Of a stretch of 64,000 nt of DNA, positions 51,649 through 61,347 are shown piece after piece. Under the pieces are notes generated by a model. That model worked only from the letters and a program-made list of their open reading frames with translations, did no database searches and was not told the DNA's origin. The first letter of the stretch is position 1, and every line of letters begins with the position of its first letter. Both the position numbers and the translations under genes were made by a program. Origin of the DNA: a virus; the IMG/VR virus record IMGVR_UViG_3300025263_000044; one strand, 5' to 3'.

Positions 51649-52656
51649 ATGAACAAGGACACACTGCACGCGGTAATCCACCTCGGCCAGCTTATGAGGC
51701 TGCTGACGCCTATCGCCAACTTCGACAAGCCTTTCGAAAAACGACTGGCACGCCTGCGCGGCTGGCTGGATGAACAAGTCGTCTTGCTCGCGCTGGATAG
51801 TAAGAGCCCCGCCGGCCGCGCAGCCGCTGCACGTGTCGCGGAGATGACTACTGTGCTTACCGCCGACCTTATCAAGTCGGTGGACATTCCAGAACTGTTC
51901 AAACGTGCGAAAGATAGTCGCGAAGTGGCAACCCGTCACGTGTCTAAATGCTCGGCCCTGCGCGTATTCAGCGATTGGGTGCTGGACCGGGCTGAAAAGA
52001 TTCTGGCGCCGAAGCTGAATCTCTCGACTGAAGACTTCCCAGAGGCTGAGCGTGCTCGCGTTCTGCGAGCGTTCAACAGCGCAGTGAAAAACTCTTCGTG
52101 GCTTGCGACGGTCCTTAAGCTGGAAGTTGGCATGACCGTAGCCACAGAGGCGAGCGCCTACCTGGTTGCCCAGTACAGCAGCGGGCAGGGCCGTGCTGCA
52201 CTCGATGCGACACTGGCACACCTGTGCTCGCCGAAAACTACGGCAGCACGTAAGCGTAGCCGGCAATCGGCCGTCAAAGCAGAAGAGCTCTTCGTCACGC
52301 AAGTATCGCTGGATACGCAGCGGCTGCTCGCTCAGCCAGATATTGCGGCGCTGGTCGATGTACATCATGGAGCAGCAACCGAGCCTACTCCAAGCCTGTC
52401 GCAGCTTCTGGAAGTTGCGTCGAAACCAGTGGCCATAGGTCCAGACGAAGAACCTGTCGAAGTGGCACAGCGCCTGGTTGACGAGTTGGTCGCAGGCCTG
52501 GTTGCTCGACGTACGGCCATTGAAGCTGAAAAGGCTAAAATTCGTGCGAAGGCCGATGAAGTTGCCAAAGGGTCGGCCGTCGATGCCCTGAAGAAGCTTG
52601 ACCCGAAACTGCTGAAAGTGCTGAAGAATAACCCTGGACTTCTGCAGTCGGCATAA
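51649..52656 (+). CDS. Hypothetical helical protein
   Basis: 335 aa. Confidence 0.75.
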   Translation: MNKDTLHAVIHLGQLMRLLTPIANFDKPFEKRLARLRGWLDEQVVLLALDSKSPAGRAAAARVAEMTTVLTADLIKSVDIPELFKRAKDSREVATRHVSKCSALRVFSDWVLDRAEKILAPKLNLSTEDFPEAERARVLRAFNSAVKNSSWLATVLKLEVGMTVATEASAYLVAQYSSGQGRAALDATLAHLCSPKTTAARKRSRQSAVKAEELFVTQVSLDTQRLLAQPDIAALVDVHHGAATEPTPSLSQLLEVASKPVAIGPDEEPVEVAQRLVDELVAGLVARRTAIEAEKAKIRAKADEVAKGSAVDALKKLDPKLLKVLKNNPGLLQSA

Positions 52657-52666
52657 AAGGAACCAC

Positions 52667-52858
52667 ATGTCGACCGAATTCAAGCCACAGTATCACTTCA
52701 AAAACGCTCAAGGCCACTGGCAGATGCGCCCATTCGACCCGCGGCTTGCTACTTTGGCCGCAGCCGAAGCCAAGCAACTCACCGAGGCCGGTGAAGTCGT
52801 CTGCCCGCTCGTTGATGAGGGCGCCGGCTTCCAATCTCCGCTCTTTAAGCGCGATTAA
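52667..52858 (+). CDS. Hypothetical protein
   Basis: AAGGA RBS. Confidence 0.65.
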   Translation: MSTEFKPQYHFKNAQGHWQMRPFDPRLATLAAAEAKQLTEAGEVVCPLVDEGAGFQSPLFKRD

Positions 52859-52882
52859 TTCATTTCGAAACGGATAGTACTC

Positions 52883-53338
52883 ATGGCAACCACCAAGAAA
52901 ATCACACCCGCGCTGGAGCGCAAGTTCCAATCCTTCATGGACGAACGCGGGGCTCAACCCTTTCGCCGCCAGGACCTGGCTAGCTATCTGTACCCACATA
53001 TCCAGCCGCGTCGCATGGAAGCCGCCTCTGGTCTGGCCGACGCGTTCATGAACCGCCTGCACGCTGCCGGCCAACTCAAGAAGGCAGGGCATGTGCACTG
53101 GCAGCTGGTAATATCCGAAGAGCGCACGCTCTTGAGCGGCCGCAAGGTTCGTGAAAATGCGGACGTTCGCGACTTGACCCTGAAAACCCGCTGTCCAGAG
53201 AAGTACGTAACCATTGACCTGGAAACTGGCGACGTGTGGGTGGGCAGCTCCGACGGGTTCAAACGGGCCGCCGGCGAGGTCCTCACTGAGGCCTTGTCCA
53301 TTCTGACTAAATCAGCCAGTGTGAAGAAGGTCGCATAA
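52883..53338 (+). CDS. Hypothetical protein (possible wHTH)
   Basis: 151 aa. Confidence 0.7.
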   Translation: MATTKKITPALERKFQSFMDERGAQPFRRQDLASYLYPHIQPRRMEAASGLADAFMNRLHAAGQLKKAGHVHWQLVISEERTLLSGRKVRENADVRDLTLKTRCPEKYVTIDLETGDVWVGSSDGFKRAAGEVLTEALSILTKSASVKKVA

Positions 53339-53568
53339 TGTCGGCCGGCGCGCAAATTCTGCAACGAGGTGATTTCGTGTGTGTTAAACCAGACAGCGAC
53401 TTCCGTCCGGGACAGGACGGTATGGTCGTTGCCCGTGATGATGGGGAGGCGGTTGGCCTGTTGTTTGGCTTCAACCGATACGGCAAGCTCCCCCACGAAG
53501 TATTCACTACCGGCCTGACCGAGGAATGGCTGCTGAGCGAGCTGGACCTGACGACCATTAGCCACTGA
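53338..53568 (+). CDS. Hypothetical protein
   Basis: TAATG overlap. Confidence 0.65.
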   Translation: MSAGAQILQRGDFVCVKPDSDFRPGQDGMVVARDDGEAVGLLFGFNRYGKLPHEVFTTGLTEEWLLSELDLTTISH

Positions 53569-53574
53569 GGCGCT

Positions 53575-54018
53575 ATGCATCAAATTCGCTTTGTGTCCCG
53601 AAAAGTGGTTGCGGCCCATATTCCGGTGCCTGGCGCCATCCTGATTTCAATCCATGACCGCAGCGAGCCGCCCATTACGCCGCTTGATGGCTGGGCGGAG
53701 GTTCTCACCTTGCGCTTCCATGACACGGATGGCAGTCAAATGGGCCTGGAGGTGTTCAGCGATGACCAGGCGCGCGAGGTGCTGCAATTCGTGGACGCCC
53801 ACCGTGAGTGCCCAGAGGTCGTGGTGCACTGTCAGCAGGGCCATAGCCGCTCGGCTGCGATTGCCCTCTATTTGGCTGAAAAATACCGAAGCCCATGCTT
53901 CCAGGACCAAATTCTGGCCACGAAAACGACTTGGCTTTTCTATAATCGTTTGGTCTACTTCCGCATGCTCGACGTCGACCGCAGGTTCTTCTCTTTTCCT
54001 CGACAAGTATCGCGTTGA
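53575..54018 (+). CDS. Dual-specificity/tyrosine phosphatase-like protein
   Basis: VVHCQQGHSRSAA fits HCxxGxSRS; ISI...F-H-D general-acid loop. Confidence 0.8.
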   Translation: MHQIRFVSRKVVAAHIPVPGAILISIHDRSEPPITPLDGWAEVLTLRFHDTDGSQMGLEVFSDDQAREVLQFVDAHRECPEVVVHCQQGHSRSAAIALYLAEKYRSPCFQDQILATKTTWLFYNRLVYFRMLDVDRRFFSFPRQVSR

Positions 54019-54067
54019 CTATACCTTAGGTAGGAAAAATCAAACTTTGACAACTTAAGGAGGAAAT

Positions 54068-54442
54068 ATGAAGCAATTTATCGTTCCGGCATTCATGGTC
54101 GTGTCGGCTGACAGTGTGCAAGTCGCGGACCAGATGGCTGCGCAGCTGCAAGCAATGCCTGGCTTCCGTAATGGCGTGGCACTGCTCCTGGACGAGCAGC
54201 TGGATACTCGCGAGATTCAGCAAGCGGATTTGTCCGAAATCCATTCAATTCGTGACGTCTACGATATTCCAGCGGAAAGCGTCGAAGTTGCGCCCCACGC
54301 AAACACCGGTTCAGACCTCGATAGCTTGCGTGCGCTGTGCGCGCAGCTGCTGGGCGACCTGAAACTTCGTGTTGTGGACCGCGCTGACTCCAACCTGCCG
54401 GAATGGGAACGCATGGCCGACAAGCTCGGTGTGGCTCTTTAA
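54068..54442 (+). CDS. Hypothetical protein
   Basis: GGAGGA RBS; terminator at about 54465-54490. Confidence 0.75.
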   Translation: MKQFIVPAFMVVSADSVQVADQMAAQLQAMPGFRNGVALLLDEQLDTREIQQADLSEIHSIRDVYDIPAESVEVAPHANTGSDLDSLRALCAQLLGDLKLRVVDRADSNLPEWERMADKLGVAL

Positions 54443-54493
54443 TCTGCACTTTCTCAAATGAACTCAAAGCCCCGAAATTCGGGGCTTTTGTCA

Positions 54494-54521
54494 TTGACAA
54501 ATGTGCGAATTAAGCTATACT
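54494..54521 (+). promoter_or_regulatory. Sigma70 promoter with a palindrome over -35
   Basis: TTGACA-16 nt-TATACT; TTTGTCA-T-TGACAAA at 54487-54501. Confidence 0.65.
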
Positions 54522-54592
54522 GTATTGCTATGAATCCACAATTCTTCGTCGCGCTGGAGTTCTTCTAGGTTCCCATAACCTAGGAGAATTCC

Positions 54593-55159
54593 ATGCATCA
54601 AATCCCAGCTTACGAAACAGCTGTCACTCTCTTTTCGCGTGGCGGCGACGTCTGGGTCTACCCAACGCTGAACGCCGCGTTCAAAGCGCTTGGCTATCGC
54701 TGGATTGCGGCCCATGTCGGCCCGCACTTCCGTGCCTTTAGCCACAACCATCGTTGCTTCGACAGCGTGCGCGAGGTCTGGTACAGCGAACCGGTCTACA
54801 CCGAGCACGACTTCGTCATGCGCGACGACTTCGGCACGCCCATTACCCAGGACGTGTTCTGGCCTTATCAAGAGCGCAGCCGCCGTTGGTATCGTTGGCG
54901 TTCCGAATGGGATACCTGGAACGGTGAAGGCCCTGTGCCCGGCATCAGCTGCCATCGCGGTAGCTGGCGCTGCTGGCGCCGGCCAAAAGCTCAATCTGAG
55001 CGCCGCGCGGCCGCCTGCGTGCTGGTAGAAGAAGGCGAAGTCGCACCTCGCCCAAGCCGCCGGCAGAACAATCTTCCCGATAGCTGGGACGATTACAACG
55101 TCGCCGCCAGGGAAGACCGGTCCTGGAAGCGCTACCGTAAAACTCGCTGGAAACAGTGA
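54593..55159 (+). CDS. Hypothetical Arg/Trp-rich protein
   Basis: AGGAGA RBS. Confidence 0.75.
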   Translation: MHQIPAYETAVTLFSRGGDVWVYPTLNAAFKALGYRWIAAHVGPHFRAFSHNHRCFDSVREVWYSEPVYTEHDFVMRDDFGTPITQDVFWPYQERSRRWYRWRSEWDTWNGEGPVPGISCHRGSWRCWRRPKAQSERRAAACVLVEEGEVAPRPSRRQNNLPDSWDDYNVAAREDRSWKRYRKTRWKQ

Positions 55160-55205
55160 TTTATATGGTATACTGAAGCTGTTGAACCAACTCAGGAAAC
55201 TCGCG

Positions 55206-55394
55206 ATGAGCGACAGCTTTTTTGAGGCCAGCCGGGCGGCCGGCGAGTATCCCCGCAAAGACTACAACCGCCAAACTGAAGCTGAAAAGCGTGTTGAAAT
55301 TACGCGCAAAGTAGGCTCCGGGTGGCGGTTGCCTTGGGTTCTCAAGGAAGCGGAACGCCTGGGCATCGAGGTGCCCGCGGAGCAGTCCACCTGA
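55206..55394 (+). CDS. Hypothetical protein
   Basis: Follows the promoter TTATATGGTATACTG at 55161. Confidence 0.6.
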   Translation: MSDSFFEASRAAGEYPRKDYNRQTEAEKRVEITRKVGSGWRLPWVLKEAERLGIEVPAEQST

Positions 55395-55440
55395 TGGTTG
55401 TCCTATACCCGAATAGGACAACCATCACAAAGGACAATCT

Positions 55441-56022
55441 ATGGCTTGGCGTTCACCTGTACCATTCAAATTAATCCCTACATCCGACTCGGAATCGTTT
55501 ACTACGATGCCTAAGTGGACCACCGGGCTTCCCTTGGCGCCCCATCCTGGCGCCTTCGCAGTTCAACGAAAGATGCACATCCATGAGGGTGTCGACATCT
55601 ACATGCCGCAGGGCGCCCCGGTCTTTGCAGTTGAAGACGGCGAGGTGCTGGCGGTAAAGCCGTTCACCGGCCCGCACGCGGGCCACGGTGATTGGTGGCT
55701 CAATACTTTTGCTGTTTGGGTCCAAGGCGCCTCGGGTGTCGTGGTCTACGGCGAAATCGGTGCTCACGTCAAAAAAGGGCAGAAGGTCGTAGCTGGCCAG
55801 GTTGTAGGTGTCGTCGTTCGCGTACTTGCGAAGGATAAAGGCCGGCCAACCAGCATGCTCCACCTGGAGCTGCGCGAGCCCGGTAATACCGCGGACATCG
55901 ACTGGCAGAACGGTACCGCGCGCCCACAAGGCTTGCTGGACCCGACGCCCTATTTGCTCGAATGCATCGCAGCTGACATTCCTGCAGGTGAAACTTCAAC
56001 CAAGCCGAAGGAGAATCAGTAA
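55441..56022 (+). CDS. M23-family peptidase-like protein
   Basis: HEGVDIY, GAPVFAVEDGEV, VKKGQKVVAGQVVG, LHLE, DPTPYL. Confidence 0.75.
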   Translation: MAWRSPVPFKLIPTSDSESFTTMPKWTTGLPLAPHPGAFAVQRKMHIHEGVDIYMPQGAPVFAVEDGEVLAVKPFTGPHAGHGDWWLNTFAVWVQGASGVVVYGEIGAHVKKGQKVVAGQVVGVVVRVLAKDKGRPTSMLHLELREPGNTADIDWQNGTARPQGLLDPTPYLLECIAADIPAGETSTKPKENQ

Positions 56023-56375
56023 TGGCCGCACGTCGACATACCCCGGGCACCTGGTCCGTTTTCCGAGATGATTCAGGCGGCCAATGGACTGGCTGGCCCC
56101 TCAGTATCACCTCGGACGAAGATGAGGATAAGTCGGTAGTTCGCCCAGGCGGTTTCTATCCATACAAGTGGGATTCTTCCATGAGCCAGGATGAAGCTGT
56201 TGCGAATGCAGTTTTGATGGCGGCCTCGCCAGAAATGCTGAAGGCACTTGATGCTGTTCTGCCACTTCTCGAAGCAGCCGCAGCTGGCGGTGACCAGCGC
56301 GCAAAGGCGGCAGTTGAGCTGGCGCGTTCGACCATCACGAAAGCAACTCAGGTCCCTCCTTTGATTTCGCGGTAA
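56022..56375 (+). CDS. Hypothetical phage-like protein
   Basis: HTPGTW...ANAVLMAASPEML. Confidence 0.75.
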   Translation: MAARRHTPGTWSVFRDDSGGQWTGWPLSITSDEDEDKSVVRPGGFYPYKWDSSMSQDEAVANAVLMAASPEMLKALDAVLPLLEAAAAGGDQRAKAAVELARSTITKATQVPPLISR

Positions 56376-56481
56376 TCCAACTCCCAAACCCCGGTCCTTC
56401 CGGGGTTTCTTTTCAAGTTGGTCGCCCTCCAGCTGCGGGCGGGCTATACCTTGCTAGGCCATACTTTTTTAGGAGAACACC

Positions 56482-57642
56482 ATGCCTGATTTGACCAAAT
56501 ATCTGCCCCTTTCCGCCATGCAGCCATTTTTTGACAACGTCTCCATTGGCAGCAACCCTACCGATGCCTGGCGTACCAAATACTTCGCGCAACTGGAGGA
56601 AATCATTCGCCCGGCCCTCGTTGAGTTCTTCCTTGAGCTCAAAAAAGAAGGCCGCCTGCAGCCGATTCCGAACAGCGAAGGGTACTCCACACGCCTGTGG
56701 GATGCCTGGAACGCCGCAGCGAATCTGTCCGTGGACGCCCCAGCAGCTGACTTACAGGGTGCCATGGAAGCCATGCTGTTCAAGTTTGAGCATCACCTGG
56801 CCTTCGACACTACCTACGAATACAGCAAGCACCTGGAAAAACTCGGGTTGACCTCTGACGATTCGTTCGATAAAGGCGCAGCTTACGCAAAGGTCTTTGG
56901 AGAGTTCAATGGGGGCACCGTTCCGTTCCTCTTTAACCATGAGACCTGCCAAAACACCGGCCTGCCGCTCACCTTGCGTCTCAAAAATTGGGCCATTTCG
57001 GGTTTATATATCTCCCAAAATGGAATTCACCCTATTGAACCAGCAGCGCCAGCAAAACTGCAGGAAACGGTAGTGGAGTTCAAGACAGGTAACCTGTTGA
57101 TTGCGGACTGGTTCCGTATCGAAGCATTTACGAAACATGTTGATGCTCACTCGGACTCCCTGGAATCGCGCAATGGTCGGGAAGAAATTGTGCGCCGACT
57201 GGCTGAAGACTTTGGGGTCATCAGTGTCAGCGTGCTGAACACCTGCCCTGGTGTATTCAAGGACGGAAACCATCTGACTGTAGGCTACTTCGATGACGAA
57301 GAAGGTTCCCTTCCTTCACGATTCACTCATGTCGGCAATGTCATCACAGACCTGTGGGCAGTGACTATCGTCGAATATGAAAACCTCGTCAACCTGGTAG
57401 CCCATACTCACCCTGAAAATGCAAAGGAAACCGTTGACGATTACCTGAGCAAGCAAGGTAAAGGGCTGTATGGCATGCATAGTATGAAGGTAGAACCAGG
57501 CACCTACTACCTGTACCACTCCGGCGAGCATGAACAATTCGCTGAGCTGGCTACTGCTGCTGGCATCAAACTGGATACGGGCGATATCGAGCCCTTCTTC
57601 ATGTTATCGCCATCTCGATTGCTGCCGGTCAGCGCCGCATAA
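56482..57642 (+). CDS. Hypothetical protein
   Basis: AGGAG RBS; GCTATAC 33 nt upstream. Confidence 0.8.
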   Translation: MPDLTKYLPLSAMQPFFDNVSIGSNPTDAWRTKYFAQLEEIIRPALVEFFLELKKEGRLQPIPNSEGYSTRLWDAWNAAANLSVDAPAADLQGAMEAMLFKFEHHLAFDTTYEYSKHLEKLGLTSDDSFDKGAAYAKVFGEFNGGTVPFLFNHETCQNTGLPLTLRLKNWAISGLYISQNGIHPIEPAAPAKLQETVVEFKTGNLLIADWFRIEAFTKHVDAHSDSLESRNGREEIVRRLAEDFGVISVSVLNTCPGVFKDGNHLTVGYFDDEEGSLPSRFTHVGNVITDLWAVTIVEYENLVNLVAHTHPENAKETVDDYLSKQGKGLYGMHSMKVEPGTYYLYHSGEHEQFAELATAAGIKLDTGDIEPFFMLSPSRLLPVSAA

Positions 57643-57739
57643 ACACTGACCGCATCGACACTCCTCGCCCAGGTTCTCCTGGGCGATTTTTTGCGGCCAG
57701 AACTATACAACAGCAGGAAACAGCAAAAAAGGAGCACCC

Positions 57740-57802
57740 ATGTGCGTCAAATTTAATCCGGCCGGCCGCGCGCCGAGCGTGAAAATCAAGGAGTTTGTAT
57801 GA
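57740..57802 (+). CDS. Candidate 20-aa leader ORF (MCVKFNPAGRAPSVKIKEFV)
   Basis: AAGGAG RBS; its stop overlaps the ATG at 57799. Confidence 0.4.
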   Translation: MCVKFNPAGRAPSVKIKEFV

Positions 57803-58704
57803 GTGGATTTAAGAGCAACTGCGAGCGTTACCGCGTGTCGCTGAACTGCGAGCACGCTACCATCTGCCTGGATACCTGGTCACGGGCCAACGCCGGCAGC
57901 GAGCGCCCTACCTACGGTGGTGAAATCATGATTCACTCCAGTTTTGGCTCCTACGGCCACACCTGGTCGAATTGCGGCGTTCCCTTCAAAGAGTTCCTCC
58001 TGGATATCTCGAGGGATTCTTTCATGACCAAATGCTTGGGCCGCAGCTACATGGAGTTCGATGGAGAGGCTTCCGTTGCTAGCATCAGGAAGGCAATTCT
58101 GACGCACCGGCGCGCGGGCGAGTTCGACACCGCCGAAGAGGCACGGGAGGCTTGGAATGACCTGGAAAGCTTCCGTGATGCAGCGGAATCCAGTGAAGAC
58201 CTATTCTTCCATCTCGTAGGCGAGTCACTCTGCACCGAAGAGTCGGTTCTGGGTGAGGCCCGAGCTTACCGCGTTGACCGCCCTTGCACGCAAGCAGTGG
58301 GCTTCTGGCGCGAACTTTGGCCAGAGTTTAAGGCTATGTTGGCCGAGGAAGTGCGCCAGGATGTCGTACTCAAGGAGGAGTTTCCGAAGATGAAGCTCGA
58401 GGGTTGGCCGGAGGCCTTGTTTATCGCGGTGACGTCACTGTACTTCGACGAAAACTACGATTACAAGTTCGCCGTGCTGGGCGTGGTCAAAGCTATGGCG
58501 CCGCACTGGCTGGCCGAAATGGACGACAACCCGAAGGAGCTTTTCGCGAAAAGCCGCATGCTATTGGCAGCGTCTAAGCGGAATCCCGAGCTGGCCAAGC
58601 AGATTCCTGGACGCCCTGATGCAGCGAAAGACACAGAAATCGACATCCTAAAAGATGCGGCCGCGGCGCTGGGCTACACCTTGCAGCCGGCAACGCCTGT
58701 CTAA
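57799..58704 (+). CDS. Hypothetical protein
   Basis: 301 aa, AAGGAG RBS, terminator at about 58710-58735. Confidence 0.8.
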   Translation: MSGFKSNCERYRVSLNCEHATICLDTWSRANAGSERPTYGGEIMIHSSFGSYGHTWSNCGVPFKEFLLDISRDSFMTKCLGRSYMEFDGEASVASIRKAILTHRRAGEFDTAEEAREAWNDLESFRDAAESSEDLFFHLVGESLCTEESVLGEARAYRVDRPCTQAVGFWRELWPEFKAMLAEEVRQDVVLKEEFPKMKLEGWPEALFIAVTSLYFDENYDYKFAVLGVVKAMAPHWLAEMDDNPKELFAKSRMLLAASKRNPELAKQIPGRPDAAKDTEIDILKDAAAALGYTLQPATPV

Positions 58705-58785
58705 ACCTCAACCCCGACTTGCTCGGGGTTTTTCTTGTCACAAAAGAAAAAGCCTCTCAACGAGAGGCTTTGGAGCGGGGCAATA

Positions 58786-59040
58786 TCAAGCTGCGATTTT
58801 TTGCGGCTCGAAGCGATGAGCGATTTCCTCGAGCCATTCGTTTTGTTCGTCGGTCATCGGGGTTTCCGACTTCAACGACCATTGGCAAAGGCGTACGAGT
58901 CGCTGCTCGCTTGGGCGCAGTTTGGCCAGGTTCGGCCAGCACGAATTGAAAGTGTTGCGAGTCTTGGACAGCAACGCAATGCGATTCGCGGCATCAGCTG
59001 CTTGGGTATTGCTCTGTGCACGGTGAATGGAGTTGGTCAT
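58786..59040 (-). CDS. Hypothetical protein
   Basis: GAGGA RBS; TCTATAC 33 nt upstream. Confidence 0.65.
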   Translation of the reverse strand: MTNSIHRAQSNTQAADAANRIALLSKTRNTFNSCWPNLAKLRPSEQRLVRLCQWSLKSETPMTDEQNEWLEEIAHRFEPQKIAA

Positions 59041-59117
59041 GGCAGTCCTCTGTAAGTGGTTTTCCTTTAACCGTATAGACGAGGACTACTACCATCAAAT
59101 TCACCCTTCAATCACTG

Positions 59118-60329
59118 CTACTTCCCCCAGGTGCTGACATTTTCCCGGGTAGGGCCATAGGAGCAGAACGCTACTGGCAGAATGCGAGCGTTGAGCGCCT
59201 GGACTTGGTCCGCCGGCGAAGCCGTATGAAGGATACCCGCTTCCCAGTAGTGTCCCTGCGCGCCCACCTGGTCCAGGCAGGTCACGGCCAGCATCGAGTC
59301 GATAGTCATAGCAGAGCCAGCTGCATCCGACATGTCATTCCGGATAGTCCTGGCCAGCAAATCATGGTCCAGGTACGCGAAGCGCAAGGTGCCCTGATAC
59401 TCGTTTGGCTGGTTGGTCAGGTCAACCACACCATCATACGGCCGGGTGTCCAGTTCTGCCGCGAGCGGGCCGGCACCATGGCGCGTCAGGTAGGCGCGAG
59501 TCACATAGACGACCTCCAACCTTTCAAAGCCCGCTTCGAGTGCCACATCAAGAGCATTCCGGATGCCAGTGTTTGAGCGAGTGACGAAGGGGAAGGCGCC
59601 GCGGGCCTGGTCCAAGAGCAGACCTTGGGCGCCTTCAAACACCACATTGCGGTGCCCAGCAAGCAGCTCAGATGCGGAGGATGCCAATTTGACGTCGGTG
59701 AAGAACTCTTGCGATGCCTTGATGAAGGCATCCACCAGAACATCCGACGTGCACAGTTCATGGTGAGGCCCAAAATCAGGTAAGCCCAGTTCCTTGCAGC
59801 GCGCCGGCAGGTGTTTATCTCGAATTTCTACCAGCTTCTCACGCAGAATGGTCACGTCGAGCAGGTCTTTGACTACCAGGTCGAATGCTTTGCCTTCGTG
59901 ACGACCAATCGTTTCACCGAAGCCCATGCCGCAGCTGCCGTGCCGGTTGTTGCCGCGGAAGTCTTCCACCAGCTGGTTGACCAGCATGTCAAAGAACGTG
60001 GTCACCGGCGCGCGCTCGTCCACATGGACGTATGGGATAAGCTGGCCGGGCAGCAGTTGCTGCAATTTCGCCCGCTCTTTCAAGAACAGGACTGGATTGA
60101 CGGCATAGTGCCGGGAAAGGTAGGTTTCGGCGCCGGCGAACGTGCCGCTACCGTAGTGGCTAAAGGCATGCCGCTTGCCATTAGCCGTGGTGACCGTGTG
60201 GCTAGCCTGGCATCCGCCATTGAAGCGTACAACAATGCTGTCTTCGCTCTTGGAGGCGAAATAGTCGGTCATGAGACCTTTGCCTTCATCGCCATAGTTG
60301 GCGCCGATGACCACGGTTGCAGTGCGCAT
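59118..60329 (-). CDS. purA: Adenylosuccinate synthetase-like protein (divergent, phage/mobile type)
   Basis: GANYGDEGKG, RFNGGCQASHTV, HGSCGMG, VFEGAQGLLLD, VTRSNTG, YLTRHGAGP. Confidence 0.85.
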   Translation of the reverse strand: MRTATVVIGANYGDEGKGLMTDYFASKSEDSIVVRFNGGCQASHTVTTANGKRHAFSHYGSGTFAGAETYLSRHYAVNPVLFLKERAKLQQLLPGQLIPYVHVDERAPVTTFFDMLVNQLVEDFRGNNRHGSCGMGFGETIGRHEGKAFDLVVKDLLDVTILREKLVEIRDKHLPARCKELGLPDFGPHHELCTSDVLVDAFIKASQEFFTDVKLASSASELLAGHRNVVFEGAQGLLLDQARGAFPFVTRSNTGIRNALDVALEAGFERLEVVYVTRAYLTRHGAGPLAAELDTRPYDGVVDLTNQPNEYQGTLRFAYLDHDLLARTIRNDMSDAAGSAMTIDSMLAVTCLDQVGAQGHYWEAGILHTASPADQVQALNARILPVAFCSYGPTRENVSTWGK

Positions 60330-60357
60330 GAACGTCCTTTGAAGACTGGTTGAGAAC

Positions 60358-60834
60358 TTATTGCTGATGCAGGGCAGGGCGGCCGTACTTTTGGCGGAAT
60401 TGCGCATCGACGTCCTGATACGCCGGCAGCGTTTTCATCTGCTCCAGCACATGGTCACGCAGCACCGGGCGACCATTGGGCAGGTCGGCAAACAGCTCGA
60501 AGCAAAAACCTTCCACTGGGCTCGGGTAGTCCGTGTATCGCTCAACGTAAATGCCGTTCGCTACTGCAGCGCGCACTGCGGCGGTGAGCTTGGTCGCCCA
60601 GGCCTTCCATTCGTCCGCCAGGGTGGTGCCAGCGGGGAGTAGTTTGGCTGCAGCATCCTGCCAAGCGTGCTCCACAGCCCACTCACCAGCGCTGGCTTTA
60701 CCCAACTCGGTATCGTCGGTGTCATAGATGATGGCACCATCGGCGGTGTATGCCGAGGTGGCCTTTGGGAAGCGCACGTGCACAAGCTCGCGCGCCAGTT
60801 CTTCCAGTTTCACACCTGGGCGATATCGTTCCAT
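60358..60834 (-). CDS. Hypothetical protein
   Basis: GAAGGAG RBS. Confidence 0.7.
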   Translation of the reverse strand: MERYRPGVKLEELARELVHVRFPKATSAYTADGAIIYDTDDTELGKASAGEWAVEHAWQDAAAKLLPAGTTLADEWKAWATKLTAAVRAAVANGIYVERYTDYPSPVEGFCFELFADLPNGRPVLRDHVLEQMKTLPAYQDVDAQFRQKYGRPALHQQ

Positions 60835-60846
60835 TGCTGTACTCCT

Positions 60847-61320
60847 TCAGTTCGTGTAAGCAACGATACCGACTTCCCAGAAGGGCTCGATACCGAAGTC
60901 TGCTTTAAGGGCGGCAACAAAGTCGCCGTACTGCTTTTCCGCTTCTGCCTGCAGGATGGCCGGATGCATGGAAGCGAGCTCCACGGGCGTGAACACATCC
61001 TCACAGCCGCGGGAGAGAGTCAGGCCAGGACTACCCCTTCTGTTCGGAAGCCAGATATCACCTTTTCGGTGATTTTGCCCGTACTCGGGGCAGTGCATGA
61101 AGTCCGTCCACTTATCCGCTAACGACCGGATATTGAGGGGCTCGGTAACCTTGACCGGGACCGCTGTTTCGACAACCTTGCCGCCGCAATTTGCGCAGAA
61201 CTTTGCGGAGTGGCCAACGTTTGGAGCTGCGCACTTGCTCTCACAAGAGCGCTGACGTTGCTGCTTCTCCTGTGGGCTGGGCGGGATGACCAGGTAGGGG
61301 CCGATATAGATTGTTGTCAT
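60847..61320 (-). CDS. Zinc-ribbon hypothetical protein
   Basis: CESKC...FCANCG. Confidence 0.7.
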   Translation of the reverse strand: MTTIYIGPYLVIPPSPQEKQQRQRSCESKCAAPNVGHSAKFCANCGGKVVETAVPVKVTEPLNIRSLADKWTDFMHCPEYGQNHRKGDIWLPNRRGSPGLTLSRGCEDVFTPVELASMHPAILQAEAEKQYGDFVAALKADFGIEPFWEVGIVAYTN

Positions 61321-61347
61321 GCTACTAATTCAGGTCAAGTGTTAGCT

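Noticed and set aside
59118-60329. PurZ (Z-genome, 2-aminoadenine synthesis)
   Set aside because: The motif is GDEGKG with the PurA Asp, not the Ser of PurZ/PurZ0, and no datZ-like gene is adjacent
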